DNA of 64,000 bases, taken from Octopus sinensis. Lineage: Eukaryota. Each line of letters starts with the position of its first letter. Position 1 is the stretch's first letter. The stretch lies in the NCBI RefSeq assembly GCF_006345805.1, contig NC_043017.1:24862001-24926000 (forward strand), written 5' to 3'. The translations under genes were made by a program, and so were the position numbers. Below, in pieces: positions 12,280 to 23,378 of this stretch. The notes below the pieces were generated by a model, which saw only the letters and a list, made by a program, of their open reading frames with translations, was not told the origin of the DNA and made no database searches.

Positions 12280-12420
12280 TTATGATCGCTTTCGAAATAA
12301 AACTGATTGTTTTGAAAAGTGAATCCAGTTCAAGGCGGAGGCGGGAATTGATTCCTGTTGCACATGCGCAGTACGAAAAGTCAGCGAAAGCTTGCGGCTT
12401 TTCTGGCTAATGAGGAATAC
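12280..12420 (-). promoter_or_regulatory. Probable CpG-rich promoter of the ZNF gene
   Basis: Local CpG enrichment, GGCGGGAA (E2F-like) at 12340-12347 and GCACATGCGCAG (NRF1-like) at 12360-12371. A candidate minus-strand donor GAG|GTATAT lies near 12199. Confidence 0.45.
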
Positions 12421-12458
12421 ACGCCCTCTCCAGTATATGTGTATGTATAGTGCAGTGT

Positions 12459-12814
12459 GGAGGCGCAATGGCCCAGTGGTTAGGACAGCGGACTCGCGGT
12501 CGTAGGATCGCGGTTTCGATTCCCCGACCGGGCGTTGTTAGTGTTTATTGAGCGAAAACACCTAAAATCTCCACGAGGCTCCGGCAGGGGATGGTGGTGA
12601 TCCCTGCTGTACTCTTTCACCACAACTTTCTCTCACTCTTACTTCCTGTTTCTGTTGTACCTGTATTTCAAAAGGCCGGCCTTGTCACTCTCTGTGTCAC
12701 GCTGAATATCCCCGAGTCTGTGGAGTGCTCAGCCACTTACACGATAATTTCACTAGCAGTCTGTTCCGTTGATCGGATCAACTGGAACCCTCGTCGTCGT
12801 AACCGACGGAGTGC
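12459..12814 (+). mobile_element. Third tRNA-derived SINE family
   Basis: A box TGGCCCAGTGG and B box GGTTTCGATTCC. The head and body are shared with 36386-36693. Confidence 0.75.
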
Positions 12815-12824
12815 TTCTATAGTG

Positions 12825-13044
12825 CAGTGGTTTTCAACCAGGGTTCTGCGGAACCTTAGAGTTCTGCCCGTACAGTCCAGGGGTTCCACAAGAAGTTACA
12901 AAACTGCTAAAATCGCCAGTAATTTTAAATTTCTCCTGTGCAGATATATGTGCATAAGACTATTAAATTATTGCACAGGGGTTCCTCGAGCCAGTGGAAT
13001 GCTTCCTTGGGGTTCCGCTCCAGCAAAAAGCTTGAAAAGCACTG
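12825..13044. mobile_element. hAT-type MITE, same family as 62529-62747 in the opposite orientation
   Basis: CAGTGGTTTTCAA...TTGAAAAGCACTG; the internal sequence is the reverse complement of the 62.5-kb copy. Confidence 0.82.
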
Positions 13045-13194
13045 ATGCATAGTGTATACGGATGCTGGAAAGTTCCTGGTTTTGGGTAAAAGAAAATATG
13101 GGTGTTACCTGTTTGGCTACCTTTTATTTATCCCCCCCCCTCATGTATTTCTGATATAGTTTTAGTCTACTCCAATTGTAGAAAATTTCATTAA

Positions 13195-13470
13195 AATAAT
13201 AAATAATAATAATGAAATTATTGTATGCAGTGCTCAGGTGCACCACAACTTGTCAAAAAGTGCGTATAGAATATATGCAGTAATGTTCAAATGTCTGGAA
13301 AGCGAACAGTGTATGAGTCAGATACATGCTTGCGTGTGTATGGAGGGGAGAAAATCGGGTGTAGTGTTGGCGAATCTCAGAAAGCATGGAAATTTTGAAG
13401 GATGCAGAGCTCTGACAACTAACAACTGATGCTGGCAGTTTGTTCCATGCTATTCATTTGTCTGAAAGTT
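13195..13470 (-). mobile_element. CR1/L2-like LINE 3' end related to 830-1310
   Basis: Shares gtgctcaggtgcac(c/t)acaact, ggatgcag and caactgatgc with the first copy, and has an (ATT)n tail. Confidence 0.6.
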
Positions 13471-14034
13471 TTGAAGTAATAAAATCAGAGGATACGGGTG
13501 GCACACTTTTCACATAGTCTCATTCTTTCTCGCTTTCTCTCTGTACATACATACAAACAAAAATACCCAGCTGTTGATATTAAAATTCCAATGAAGGAGC
13601 CTTGAATCTAGGTTAGAAACCGGCTCTTTCTCTATTGGCAAGAAATCTGCCTCCCACCTCCCATCACTTGGCAACTGATGCTGGTTTATTTATATCCCGG
13701 TGACATAAGCGATTTGACAAAATAAATCAATAAAGTAAAGACCTGATCTTTGAAAAATAAATTATTGATGGAGTCGATATATATATTTCTTTATTGCCCA
13801 CAAGGGGCTAAACATAGAGGGGACAAACAAGGACAGACACACGGATTAAGTTGATTACATCGACCCCAGTGCCTAACTGGTACTTAATTTATCGACCCCG
13901 AATGGATGAAAGGCAAAGTCGACCTTGGCGGAATTTGAACTCAGAATGTAACGGCAGACGAAATACGGCTACGCATTTCGCCCGGCGCGCTAACGTTTCT
14001 GCCAGCTCGCCAGTCGATATATATATAGGTGTGC

Positions 14035-14727
14035 TCAGGACGACGAAATCATTCTGTATACATTCGTCCAGTGCCCGAGTATTGCTGACCTGTGTGGGTT
14101 TATGTCGAACAGCTACTGTCGCGTATAGGATGCATCCGGCTGTCAGCTGAATCATTAGTGAAGATTGCCCCGCCGATCTCCTTTAACCGGGAGGGCAAGG
14201 GAATTTTTCTTTGTCTGGTGGCTGTAGCAAAAGAGGTGGTATGGTGGACCCGTTATAAGGGCTAAAGTCAGGCATTTTCCTCTTTGGCCAAGGCCTCATC
14301 ATTTTTTCAAGTTCCATTTGAAACGAAAGATGAAAGTAGAGAGGGAAGTGCTGTCTCGTAGCAAATTTATTAAAAGGTGGGTGAATGTCGGTAAAATGGC
14401 CAGGGATCAGTATGAACGGACCAATTCTGAGATTACACCTGTAAAAAAAAAAAAAGGTAATACAAAGAAGGGGCTCTCTACGCCTTTTTGACCAGGCACC
14501 CGTGGCTTTTATGGGTTTTTCCATGAGTAACCTTTCAAAGCACCTCCCCCCTTTTGGGAGTTTTACTGGTTATATTTTTCGCTGTTATTTTAATGTTTAC
14601 ACTGACTTTTCTTTTTCGCAAAACCCTTTGTACTTTTCGTCCTTTGTTTGTCCTTACATGTTTTTTGATTTATGTTAGCCCTTCTGGCCAATAAGACCCA
14701 AATTAATTATTATTATTATTATTATTA
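14035..14727 (+). mobile_element. L1/Tx1-like LINE 3' end
   Basis: Frameshifted EIILYTFVQCPSIADL (zinc-knuckle-like), LVAVAKEVVWWTR and FFKFHLKRKMKVEREVLSRSKFIKRWVNV, then a T-rich 3' UTR and an (ATT)n tail. Confidence 0.6.
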
Positions 14728-15223
14728 TGGCAGCCGCAGTACAGAGTTGCTTCCCTTTGACCATAAGTTGGTTAAAACTGAAAACGCCGTTAACATAGCT
14801 GACGACTAGCACTTTGACTTATACGATAGGTGGCTGAGTATCTCGTAGCCAACTTTAATCTTAAAGTAAAATATGTACACGCACACACACACACATATAG
14901 ATACATACATATATATATGTAGATATATATATACGTACATATACATAAATATATATATACATAAATATGCATACATGTATATATACATACATATAAATAA
15001 ATATATATATTTGTATATATGTATACACACACATAAATATATATATACATATATATGCACAGATGTATATATACATACATATATATCTATATATATGTAA
15101 ATACATATATATACATATATACATACATATATATATGTGTGTGTGTATATATATATATATACACACACATACTTATATGTACATATATACACACATACGT
15201 ATATGTACATATACACATACATA

Positions 15224-15262
<39 letters not shown>

Positions 15263-15319
15263 TATATATATACATACACACATACATATATATATAAATA
15301 TATATAAATATATATAAAA

Positions 15320-17240
15320 TATTATTTGAGACAAAACCACTATTTTGCAAAACAAACAAGGAAAGACTTAATCAATACATAAAATTTAAAAAAACCGCCA
15401 CTACAATCGTTTCTTGTCTTGATCGACAATCTTCAGGTAGACTTCCAATCTAAAAAATCAAAATTTTAAAATATAAAAATAATACTTTTAAATAATTAAA
15501 GTATAAATGAAAAAATATAAGTATATAATCCATATATAACCTATATATAATCCATATCGAAAATATAGACTAATTACCACGAATTCCCTAAAAAAAACCA
15601 TAATAAAACAAAACTCTTAAAAACATATAACGATAAAATCTCCCTTTGCTAAACTCTATAACAAACCTATAAAGTAAACCCCCTAACCTAAACATTCACA
15701 CACAAATACACACACGTAAACCACAGACTCACAACTTATACACATACCTATACTAACTTATAAACCTCAATATACACCAAAACCCACTCCCTCCCCACAC
15801 AGACAAATTAACACATACATCCCAAAACCTAAATAACAAACCCATATACACATTCACACACAAAACACACACTCACACGCAAAACACTCACACACAAAAG
15901 ATACATATACTCCCTCACATATACGCCATACATACTCACTAAACTCGACATATACAACAATACTTACACACCCACAAAAAACATTATATACATTTATGAG
16001 CTTTAACTCACCTTATCATCTCTAACAAACAACTTGCAGTAACCCAATCCCATTCTCTATGCCTACCTCACTACTACACTATTCCATTCACATTCCAAGC
16101 AACGCTAGTCCACCACCCGGTTATTCACGTGGCAAAACGAACACCACTCAAAAATTATGAATGAAACAATGTAAAAAAATAACCAACACCTAAAATAGAC
16201 AAAATACCACGAATTACCTAAAAAAACCATGATAAACCAAAACTCATAAAAGCATATAACGATAAAATCTCCCTTTGCTAAACCCTATAACAAACTTATA
16301 TAGCAATCCCCCTAACCTAAACATTCACACACACAAAAAACCCACACGTAAACCACAGACCCAAGACTTATACACAAACCTATACTAACTTAAACCTCAA
16401 TATACACCAAAAACCACTCCCTCCCCACACAGACAAATTAACACATACATCCCAAATCCTAAATAACAAACCCAAATACACATTCACACACAAAACACAC
16501 ACACACGCAAAACACACACACAACAGATACATATGCTCCCTCACATATACGCATATACATACTCACTAAAACTCGATATATACAACAATATTTACACCCA
16601 CACTCATACAGATAAATAAATTAATTATACAATTAAAAACTCACAACCAATCTCATATACATAAACACTCTTATGAAAACAACAATAATACATCGTAATT
16701 AACCAGAATATCAAAAATAACATTATGACATAAGGATAAATCAAATACATACTTACAATTCAGTTACAAATTATGAAGTGAAATTAGATTCTTAGCCGTT
16801 AAAAAACCAAACAAAATTACGTTACCATGGAAATAACTAATGTAAAAAAAGAATACGCGCCATAGAAAGTAAACGTCATTCATAGTATGAATGGAGAAAT
16901 ATAATAAATGGAACTAAAAAATATTTCCACGTAGCAAACCAACGCTACTTAAAAAAATTTATTATGAATGGATTCTTTAAAAACTATCATGAAAAATCAA
17001 TTATATACATTTATGAGCTTTAGCTCACCCTAGCAACTCTAACAAACAACTTACAGTAACCCATACTCAATGCCTACCTCATTACCACCCTAATCCATTC
17101 ATAATTCCAAGCAACACTAGTCCACCACCCGGTTACAATTCCCAACTCTACCCATTCATTCACAATTTCAACGACGTTCCCTTCAACAACTCTACATATA
17201 AGCCTCAACATATACACCGGAGATACACTTACACATCCGT
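15320..17240 (-). mobile_element. Probable Penelope-like element terminal region with internal duplications
   Basis: A hammerhead near the end that abuts a (TA)n tract, strong C/A skew on the plus strand, an about 630-bp tandem duplication (15576 and 16206) and a block at 15985-16125 repeated at about 17003-17135. No recognisable ORF. Confidence 0.45.
15398..15440 (-). ncRNA. Minimal type-I hammerhead ribozyme motif, intact core
   Basis: Minus strand: CUAC, CUGAAGA, UUGUC-GAUCAA-GACAA (perfect stem II), GAAA, CGAUUG, U-A (GUA site), GUGG. Confidence 0.72.
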
Positions 17241-17997
17241 GCGGATGGGTGAGAGTATACATTAAGTGTAGTGATGGGGCTCCCATTTCTAAACACATTT
17301 GTACCTGTGTGGTAGTCTCCATGTGTATATTCACGCACGGGTATAAATACAGGGGGTACACGCTCACTTCATTTACGTGTACCCCTCACATGTACATATG
17401 CATACTATTTTGGCTCGATATATGCAACAATGTAATCGCGCCCGTATGTGTGAGCATTCACTGGTTGTGCAATTCACCCATCTGGGTGTGATTGTGTGTA
17501 AACTTATCACTGTGGAGGTCGAGCTTGATACGTATATATTAGTGTGTATTAGGGGTTGTACGTACTAATTATGTACATGTGCTTCACGCACTTACGTCCA
17601 TGTATGGAAGAATATATTGGGATTAATAAGTAGGTGTAAATAGGGTATGGGGGAGTTTTGTCATTGTATGGGTGTGGGTTTCATTTGTGATAGTGGTTAG
17701 TTGGTGATTATTAGTATGTTCTGTATATTAGGGCTAGTATGTATTATTCAAGTGTGTATAATTGTATATACATATATATACAAATATATACAAATATATA
17801 CATATATATATACAAACATATATATGTATACACATATATACATATATAGATGTATACATATATATACATACATATATATATATATACATATATTAAAATC
17901 ATCTAAGAGATACCACCATGCTAGATATAGCAGCCAAAACTTGACTCTTAGAGTTAAGTTTTGGCTGCTATATCTGTCAAGGTGGTATCTCTTAGAT

Positions 17998-18730
17998 ACC
18001 CTTCATGGCAGTGAAACATGTTATGTGAGTTCAGAAGACATGCGTAGGCTTGAAAGAAATGAAGCTAGCATGATCCACTGGATGTGTAATGTCAGTGTGC
18101 ACACACGACAGAGTGTCAGTGTCCTGAGAGAAATGTTAGACATAAGAAGTATCGGATGTGGTGTACAAGAGAGACGTTTGCGTTGGTATGGTCATGTACT
18201 GTGGATGGATGAGGAGAGCTGTGTGAAGAAGTGCCACTCCCAAACAGTGGAAGGAATCCGGGGTAGAGGGAGACCCAGGAAGACATGGGATGAGGTGGTC
18301 AAGCATGATCTTCAAACGTTGGCCTTTACAGACGCAATGACAAAAGGAAACCTCTGGAGGTATGCTGTGACTGAGAAGACCTGGCAAATAAAGTGAGTTC
18401 ACAGCTGTCACTTACACCAGCATCGCATAACCAGCCCACTCAAAAGTATCTTGGATTGTAGGGTGACATGCCGTGCTTGAGGAGACCTATTGAGTGAAGT
18501 ACATCAACATTAACATCAATATTAAAATCAAATCAAATTACAATCAAATGGAAATTGTAGCTGTGACCCCCATGCATGTAAAAGGCACCATCTGAACATG
18601 GCCGATGCCAGCACCCCTGGCCCCTATGCCAGTAGCACATAAAAAGCACCTACTGCACTCTCAGAGTGGCTGGCATTAGAAAGAGCATCCAGCTGTAGAA
18701 ACATTGCCAGATCAGAGTGGGACCTGTTGC
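17998..18730 (+). mobile_element. RTE-clade LINE, 5'-truncated: RT C-terminus (to 18396) plus 3' UTR
   Basis: LHGSETC...RLERNEASMIHWMCNV...RRLRWYGHVLWMDE...GRGRPRKTWDEVV. The downstream UTR matches the many (GAT)n-tailed repeats in the window, which identifies them as truncated RTE copies. Confidence 0.88.
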
Positions 18731-19722
18731 AGATTTTAAAGCAACAGTAAGCTGGTGCAATCATTTTATGAACAGAAAAAAATCTGGTAATAAGGGAGAA
18801 AACAAAAACTGCCCCAAAACTCCTGAGAAATCTCGAGCACAAAGTAACCAGTTTTCACCAGTTCATCATCCAGCCGAGAAAAAGGCATCAGTTTCCATTG
18901 TCTGATATTGGAAATATGGATGAAACTCCATTAAACTTTGACATGCTGGGTAACAAAATGGTAGATTTGAGAAGAGTAAAAACAGTGCACGTTAAAAGCA
19001 CGAGATATGAGAAAACGAGGTTTACAGTGGTATCATCCTACAAAATTAAAACCCATGGTTATTTTCAAACGTAAAAAAAGCCCAAAATAGATTTTCCTCT
19101 GGGTGTTTTTGTTCATTTTCATGAGAAAGAGTGGATGGATGAGAGTGATGTGAAATTATGAATTGAAAATATTCAGAGCAGGCGGCCAGGTGACATATGA
19201 AACGAATGCAGTTTATTGGTCTGAGATATGTTTTGTAGCCACATAACAGCAAATACTAAAACCTGGTTATCCAAAACTAATACTGATATTGCTGTTATTC
19301 CTGGTGGTTTGACTTCTATACTGCAGTCACTTGATGTCAGTTTAAACGAACCATTTAAAGATAATGTGAGATAGTGACAGAATGACTGGATAATGAATGG
19401 AGAAAAATCTTTTACAAATGATGGAGCTATGCGTGCTGCTTCACTTGATGTTCTCTATGATTTTGTTACAAAGGCATGGGGCAAAGTTGAAATTAGAAAA
19501 TATGATAAAATCATTTAAAAAATAATAATAAATCTTAGAGCGAGTTATAAACAGTAGCTACAACACATCATAACGTATATTTGCCATTTAAATATGGCTA
19601 ACCCCTAAGGGTGGATGCTACTGTAGTTTGTAGCCCCAGGAGGACACCTCCTCCAGCTGGCCATAGACACACTTTCTGTGCCCTAGCAGTGTTTGCAAAG
19701 GGAAGCCATCCTTCCCGTCTTA

Positions 19723-19780
19723 TGATACACACGGACTCGAGTTTCTGGGTATTGACCCGTCATCGGCATGTGACAATCAC
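19723..19780 (-). ncRNA. Minimal type-I hammerhead ribozyme motif (left arm of the palindromic insertion)
   Basis: Minus strand: CACAUG (stem I), CCGAUGA (core, U4 to C), C-GGGU-CAAU-ACCC-A (stem II), GAAA, CUCGAG (stem III with palindromic loop), U-C (GUC site), CGUGUG (stem I'). Confidence 0.7.
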
Positions 19781-19952
19781 AGTTGTCGATGAGAAGTAGA
19801 TTCCCTTCACAAACACTTATACCTTTTTCCAATATCGATAGGCACTGATATCGAAAAAGTGTAAACAAGCAATAATAAATCTCAGAGCGAGTCTATCGAT
19901 ATTGGAAAAAGTATAAGTGTTTGTGAAGGGAACCTACTTCTCATCGACAACT

Positions 19953-20011
19953 GTGATTGTCACATGCCGATGACGGGTCAATACCCAGAAATTCGAGTCC
20001 GTGTGTATCAT
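19953..20011 (+). ncRNA. Minimal type-I hammerhead ribozyme motif (right arm, one stem III substitution)
   Basis: cacatg-ccgatga-cgggtcaataccca-gaaa-ttcgag-tc-cgtgtg. The predicted cleavage is after C19999. Confidence 0.62.
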
Positions 20012-22344
20012 AAGTTGAAGACGGGAAGGATGGCTTCCCTTTGCAAACACTGATAGGGCACAGAAAGTGTGTCTATGGCCAGCTGGAGGAGGTGTCCTCC
20101 TGGGGCTACAAACTACAGTAGCATCCACCCTTAGGGGCTAGCCATATTTAAATGGCAAATATACGTCATTTAAAACATGCAGTATCTTTAATGCCATGGA
20201 TGGTGCCGAAGATGATATTCTGGACAATAGCAATGATGAAGTCGATTCACCAGAACCAGACTAGAATCTTTACAATGATGGTATATGTGATGAATCTTGT
20301 GATATGTATGAGGAACTTTTAGAAACAGATAGTGAAAATTGTGAAGAATTTTATGGCTTTTAGATAAATACATGTGGTAGGTTTGATGTTTATTAATGTT
20401 ATTTATCTTCATAGGAAAAAAAAAATTATATCTTGTGCTTTAATTGCAACTTCTGCCAAATAATTTTATTGAAAAATAAAGGTTGTGTGTGATCCAAATT
20501 GTGTTATTTACCACCAAATGATAATAGATATTTTATAAAAAATATAAATATGTTATTCTAACTGTTATTACTACAGTTATACATCACCATTAGAAGTTTT
20601 GAAAGCTTAGTTAAAGATAAAGGTTACTGTGAGTGCAACCATAACTTGAAGCTTACATTTTCTCAGCTGAGCTCGCATACATAAAAGTTGATTTCAATGA
20701 TACAGAATTATTTCTTGAACAGGCTGTTTATTATGAAGATATGCCAATAATATATAAAGTAAAAAATGTTTTTATTACCTATATTATACTTTTTTTTATA
20801 TTTTGTTAATCTTTTCATATATGTTTGTGGTTATTGCACCGAGGTTGAAGCTGGCTTACTTATAAAATCAATTAAAATTCAAAGTTTGATTTTTAGAATG
20901 GTGGTATAAGATGACCCCAAATTTTTAGGGTAAATTTTAAAATCTATCCATCCATCCATCCATCTACATATATATATATAATTAGGGTTCGGCAAAAAAA
21001 TTTACTTTACCACACACCGAACTTTTAGAAATAGCAGCCAAAGAATTTAGCTATTTCTCCTAAATTCTTTGGCTGCTATTTCTAAAAGTTCGGTGTGTGG
21101 TAAAGTAAATTTTTTTGCTGAACCCTAATTATATAAAGTAATACTTAAATATACCGTAAATGATCTTTTTACATACTGAACACTGCTTGGTAAAATTATT
21201 AATTACTAATTAATTAATTTTACTCTTATTATTATTGACTACATATATATATCTATATATATAATCAAAATATCAAAATAAGCAACAAGGATATCCAGAG
21301 GTAATGGAGTATGATTGTTTCAAACAACTCCATTTAATTAAATAATGCAATCATTACATCAGTTTAAATGTAGAGCATTTTATTTGTGTTAGTCATATAA
21401 CTGCAGCCATTTAGTTGAAGAAATCAACCCCAGGGCTAATTTTTTGTAAGCCTGGTACTTATTGTATCGGTCACCTTTTCCGAAGCAGTAATTTATGGGG
21501 ACACACACATACATACACACACAAACACAGACATACATACATACTTAAAAAGCACCTACTACACTCATGAAGTGGTTGGCGTTAGGAAGGGCATCCAGCC
21601 GTAGAAACATAGCCAGATCAGACTGGGCCTGGTGCAGCCTTCTGGCTTCCCAGACCCCAGTTGAACCATCCAACCCATGCCAGCATGGAAAGCGGATGCT
21701 AAACAATGATGATATATATATATATATATATATACATATACACACACACACAATGGGCTTCTTTTCAGTTTCTGTCTACCAAATCCACTGACAAGGCTTG
21801 GTTAGCCTGAGGCAATAGTAGAAGACAGTTGCCCAAGGTACCATGCAGTGGGACTGAACATGGAATCATGTGGTTGAGGAGTAAGCTTCTTACCACAAAC
21901 ACACACATGTATCTATGTATGTATGTATATCTAAATGCTTGTGTCTTGCTGTCTGTGTTTGTCCCCACCCTGTAACTTAGTGGTCTGGTATAAGAGACCG
22001 ATAGAATAAGTACCAGGCTTAAAAAAATAAATAAATTGGGTCAATTTATTTGAGTAAAAATTCAAGGTGGTGCCCCAGCCTGGCCACAGTTATTAGACTA
22101 GAACAAGTAGAAGATAAAAGATACAGTTGGCATCCACTATTCTAAAGTGGAATTGAATCTGGGCAGAGTCCTCTGGCTTGTCACATTGTGTTGAACAATC
22201 TAACCCATGTCAGCCTAAAAGACATACATTAAATGAGGATGATGATGATGATGATGATGATGACTACGATGACAACGATGATGACGGGTGTCTGCCATTT
22301 TATTTTCTCAAATTAGATTTATCAATTATCTCTAGAAAAACAAT

Positions 22345-22705
22345 GACGCTGTGCTGATCTCATTCTCGCTCACAACATCATAAACGGAAAGTGTAACCTC
22401 TCGAAAGAGCTGTTCTTCACTCCTGCTCCAGAGCGTCTGCTGCGGGGGTCACTCCGAAAAGCTCTATCTGCGACGATTTCAACTCAATCAAAGGAGAGGG
22501 GCTTTCTCCGTCCGGGTTGCAGATCCGTGGAATAAGCTGCCGAACGAGATAGTGAAGATGCCGACGACCGCTTGGTTCAAAGACTCTCTTGACCAGAAAT
22601 GGCCTGAACTCTTTGCATGAACACCCTCCCTGTACATAACTCCATATCCCCCTACATGGCCTTGCTTTTGCTTTTTGAGCCAAAAAATTAACTTAACTTA
22701 ACAAT
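22345..22705 (+). mobile_element. CR1/L2/Jockey-group LINE 3' end (different family)
   Basis: RCADLILAHNIING...LRGHSEKLYLRRFQLNQRRGAFSVRVADPWNKLPNEIV...KWPELFA* with one frameshift in a G run at about 22444, followed by a (TTAAC)n tail. Confidence 0.82.
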
Positions 22706-22752
22706 TGATTCTGCTATTTTTAATTGTACTATTCTATCTCTACAAGATAACA

Positions 22753-23378
22753 GGATCTTTACCTTTTGACCTACAGATTTTAAAAAATGATTTTTTTGTA
22801 ACTAAACACTTTCAAACTTTAGACACTGGTAGAATGTGTCATATAAAACATCTTTTACTCTTAGCATTTTTGAGAAAAACTTATATTTACGAAGTAATTT
22901 CACGTTAAAGTTCTCGTATTTTGGTAATTTCAACCAATCAATGACATGTATTCAGCTGAATAAAATTGCTGCTGTTGTTTGTCAACAAGAACTTCCGGCG
23001 GTGTATATTTCGTTTGTCACTGTTATCTACGATAACCCTAACCCTAAAACCTTAACCCTAACCCAAAAACCTTAAAACCAGTACAAACTCACGAACAATG
23101 TCATAAATAACCGTGACAAACGAAAAATACACCCCCAATAGTTGTTGTTGACAATCAACGGCAGTAATTTTATTCAGCTGAATACACGTCATTGATTGGT
23201 TGAAATTACAGAAATACGAGAACTTTAACGTGAAAGAACTTCGTAAATATAAGTTTTTCTTAAAAATGCTAAGAGTAAAACATGTTTTTTATGACACATT
23301 CTACCAGTGTCCGAAGTTTGAAAGCGTTTAGTTACAAAAAATTATTTTTTAAATCTGTAGGTCAAAAGGTAAAGATCC
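22753..23378. mobile_element. Long-TIR (about 270 bp) foldback MITE related to 7257-7675
   Basis: ggatcttttacc...ggtaaagatcc with near-palindromic arms, central (AACCCT)n-like repeats at about 23035-23075, and flanks agataaca/agataatc. Confidence 0.75.

Larger units (their letters stand above)
19521..20166. mobile_element. Palindromic non-autonomous hammerhead-bearing retroelement (Penelope pLTR- or retrozyme-like)
   Basis: Inverted arms 19573-19841 and 19893-20166 differ by about 4 substitutions and 2 indels. A 22-bp direct repeat lies at 19524-19545 and 19871-19892. The insertion is flanked by the 9-bp direct repeat CATTTAAAA (19512-19520 and 20167-20175). Confidence 0.75.
18750..20363 (+). 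mobile_element. pogo/Tigger-type (DDE_1) transposase pseudogene, interrupted by the palindromic insertion
   Basis: IGNMDETPLNFDM...EKTRFTVV...KPMVIFKRK...AVIPGGLTSILQSLDVSLNEPFK...KSFK|TCSIFNAMDGAEDD...EEFYGF*, with multiple stops. Confidence 0.85.

Noticed and set aside
14790-15359. Long ORFs rich in Y/I/C/V/H/T here and at 31.9-34.8, 45.7-47.0, 49.0-49.6 and 54.0-54.3 kb
   Set aside because: They are translations of (TA)n/(CA)n microsatellites in several frames, not proteins.
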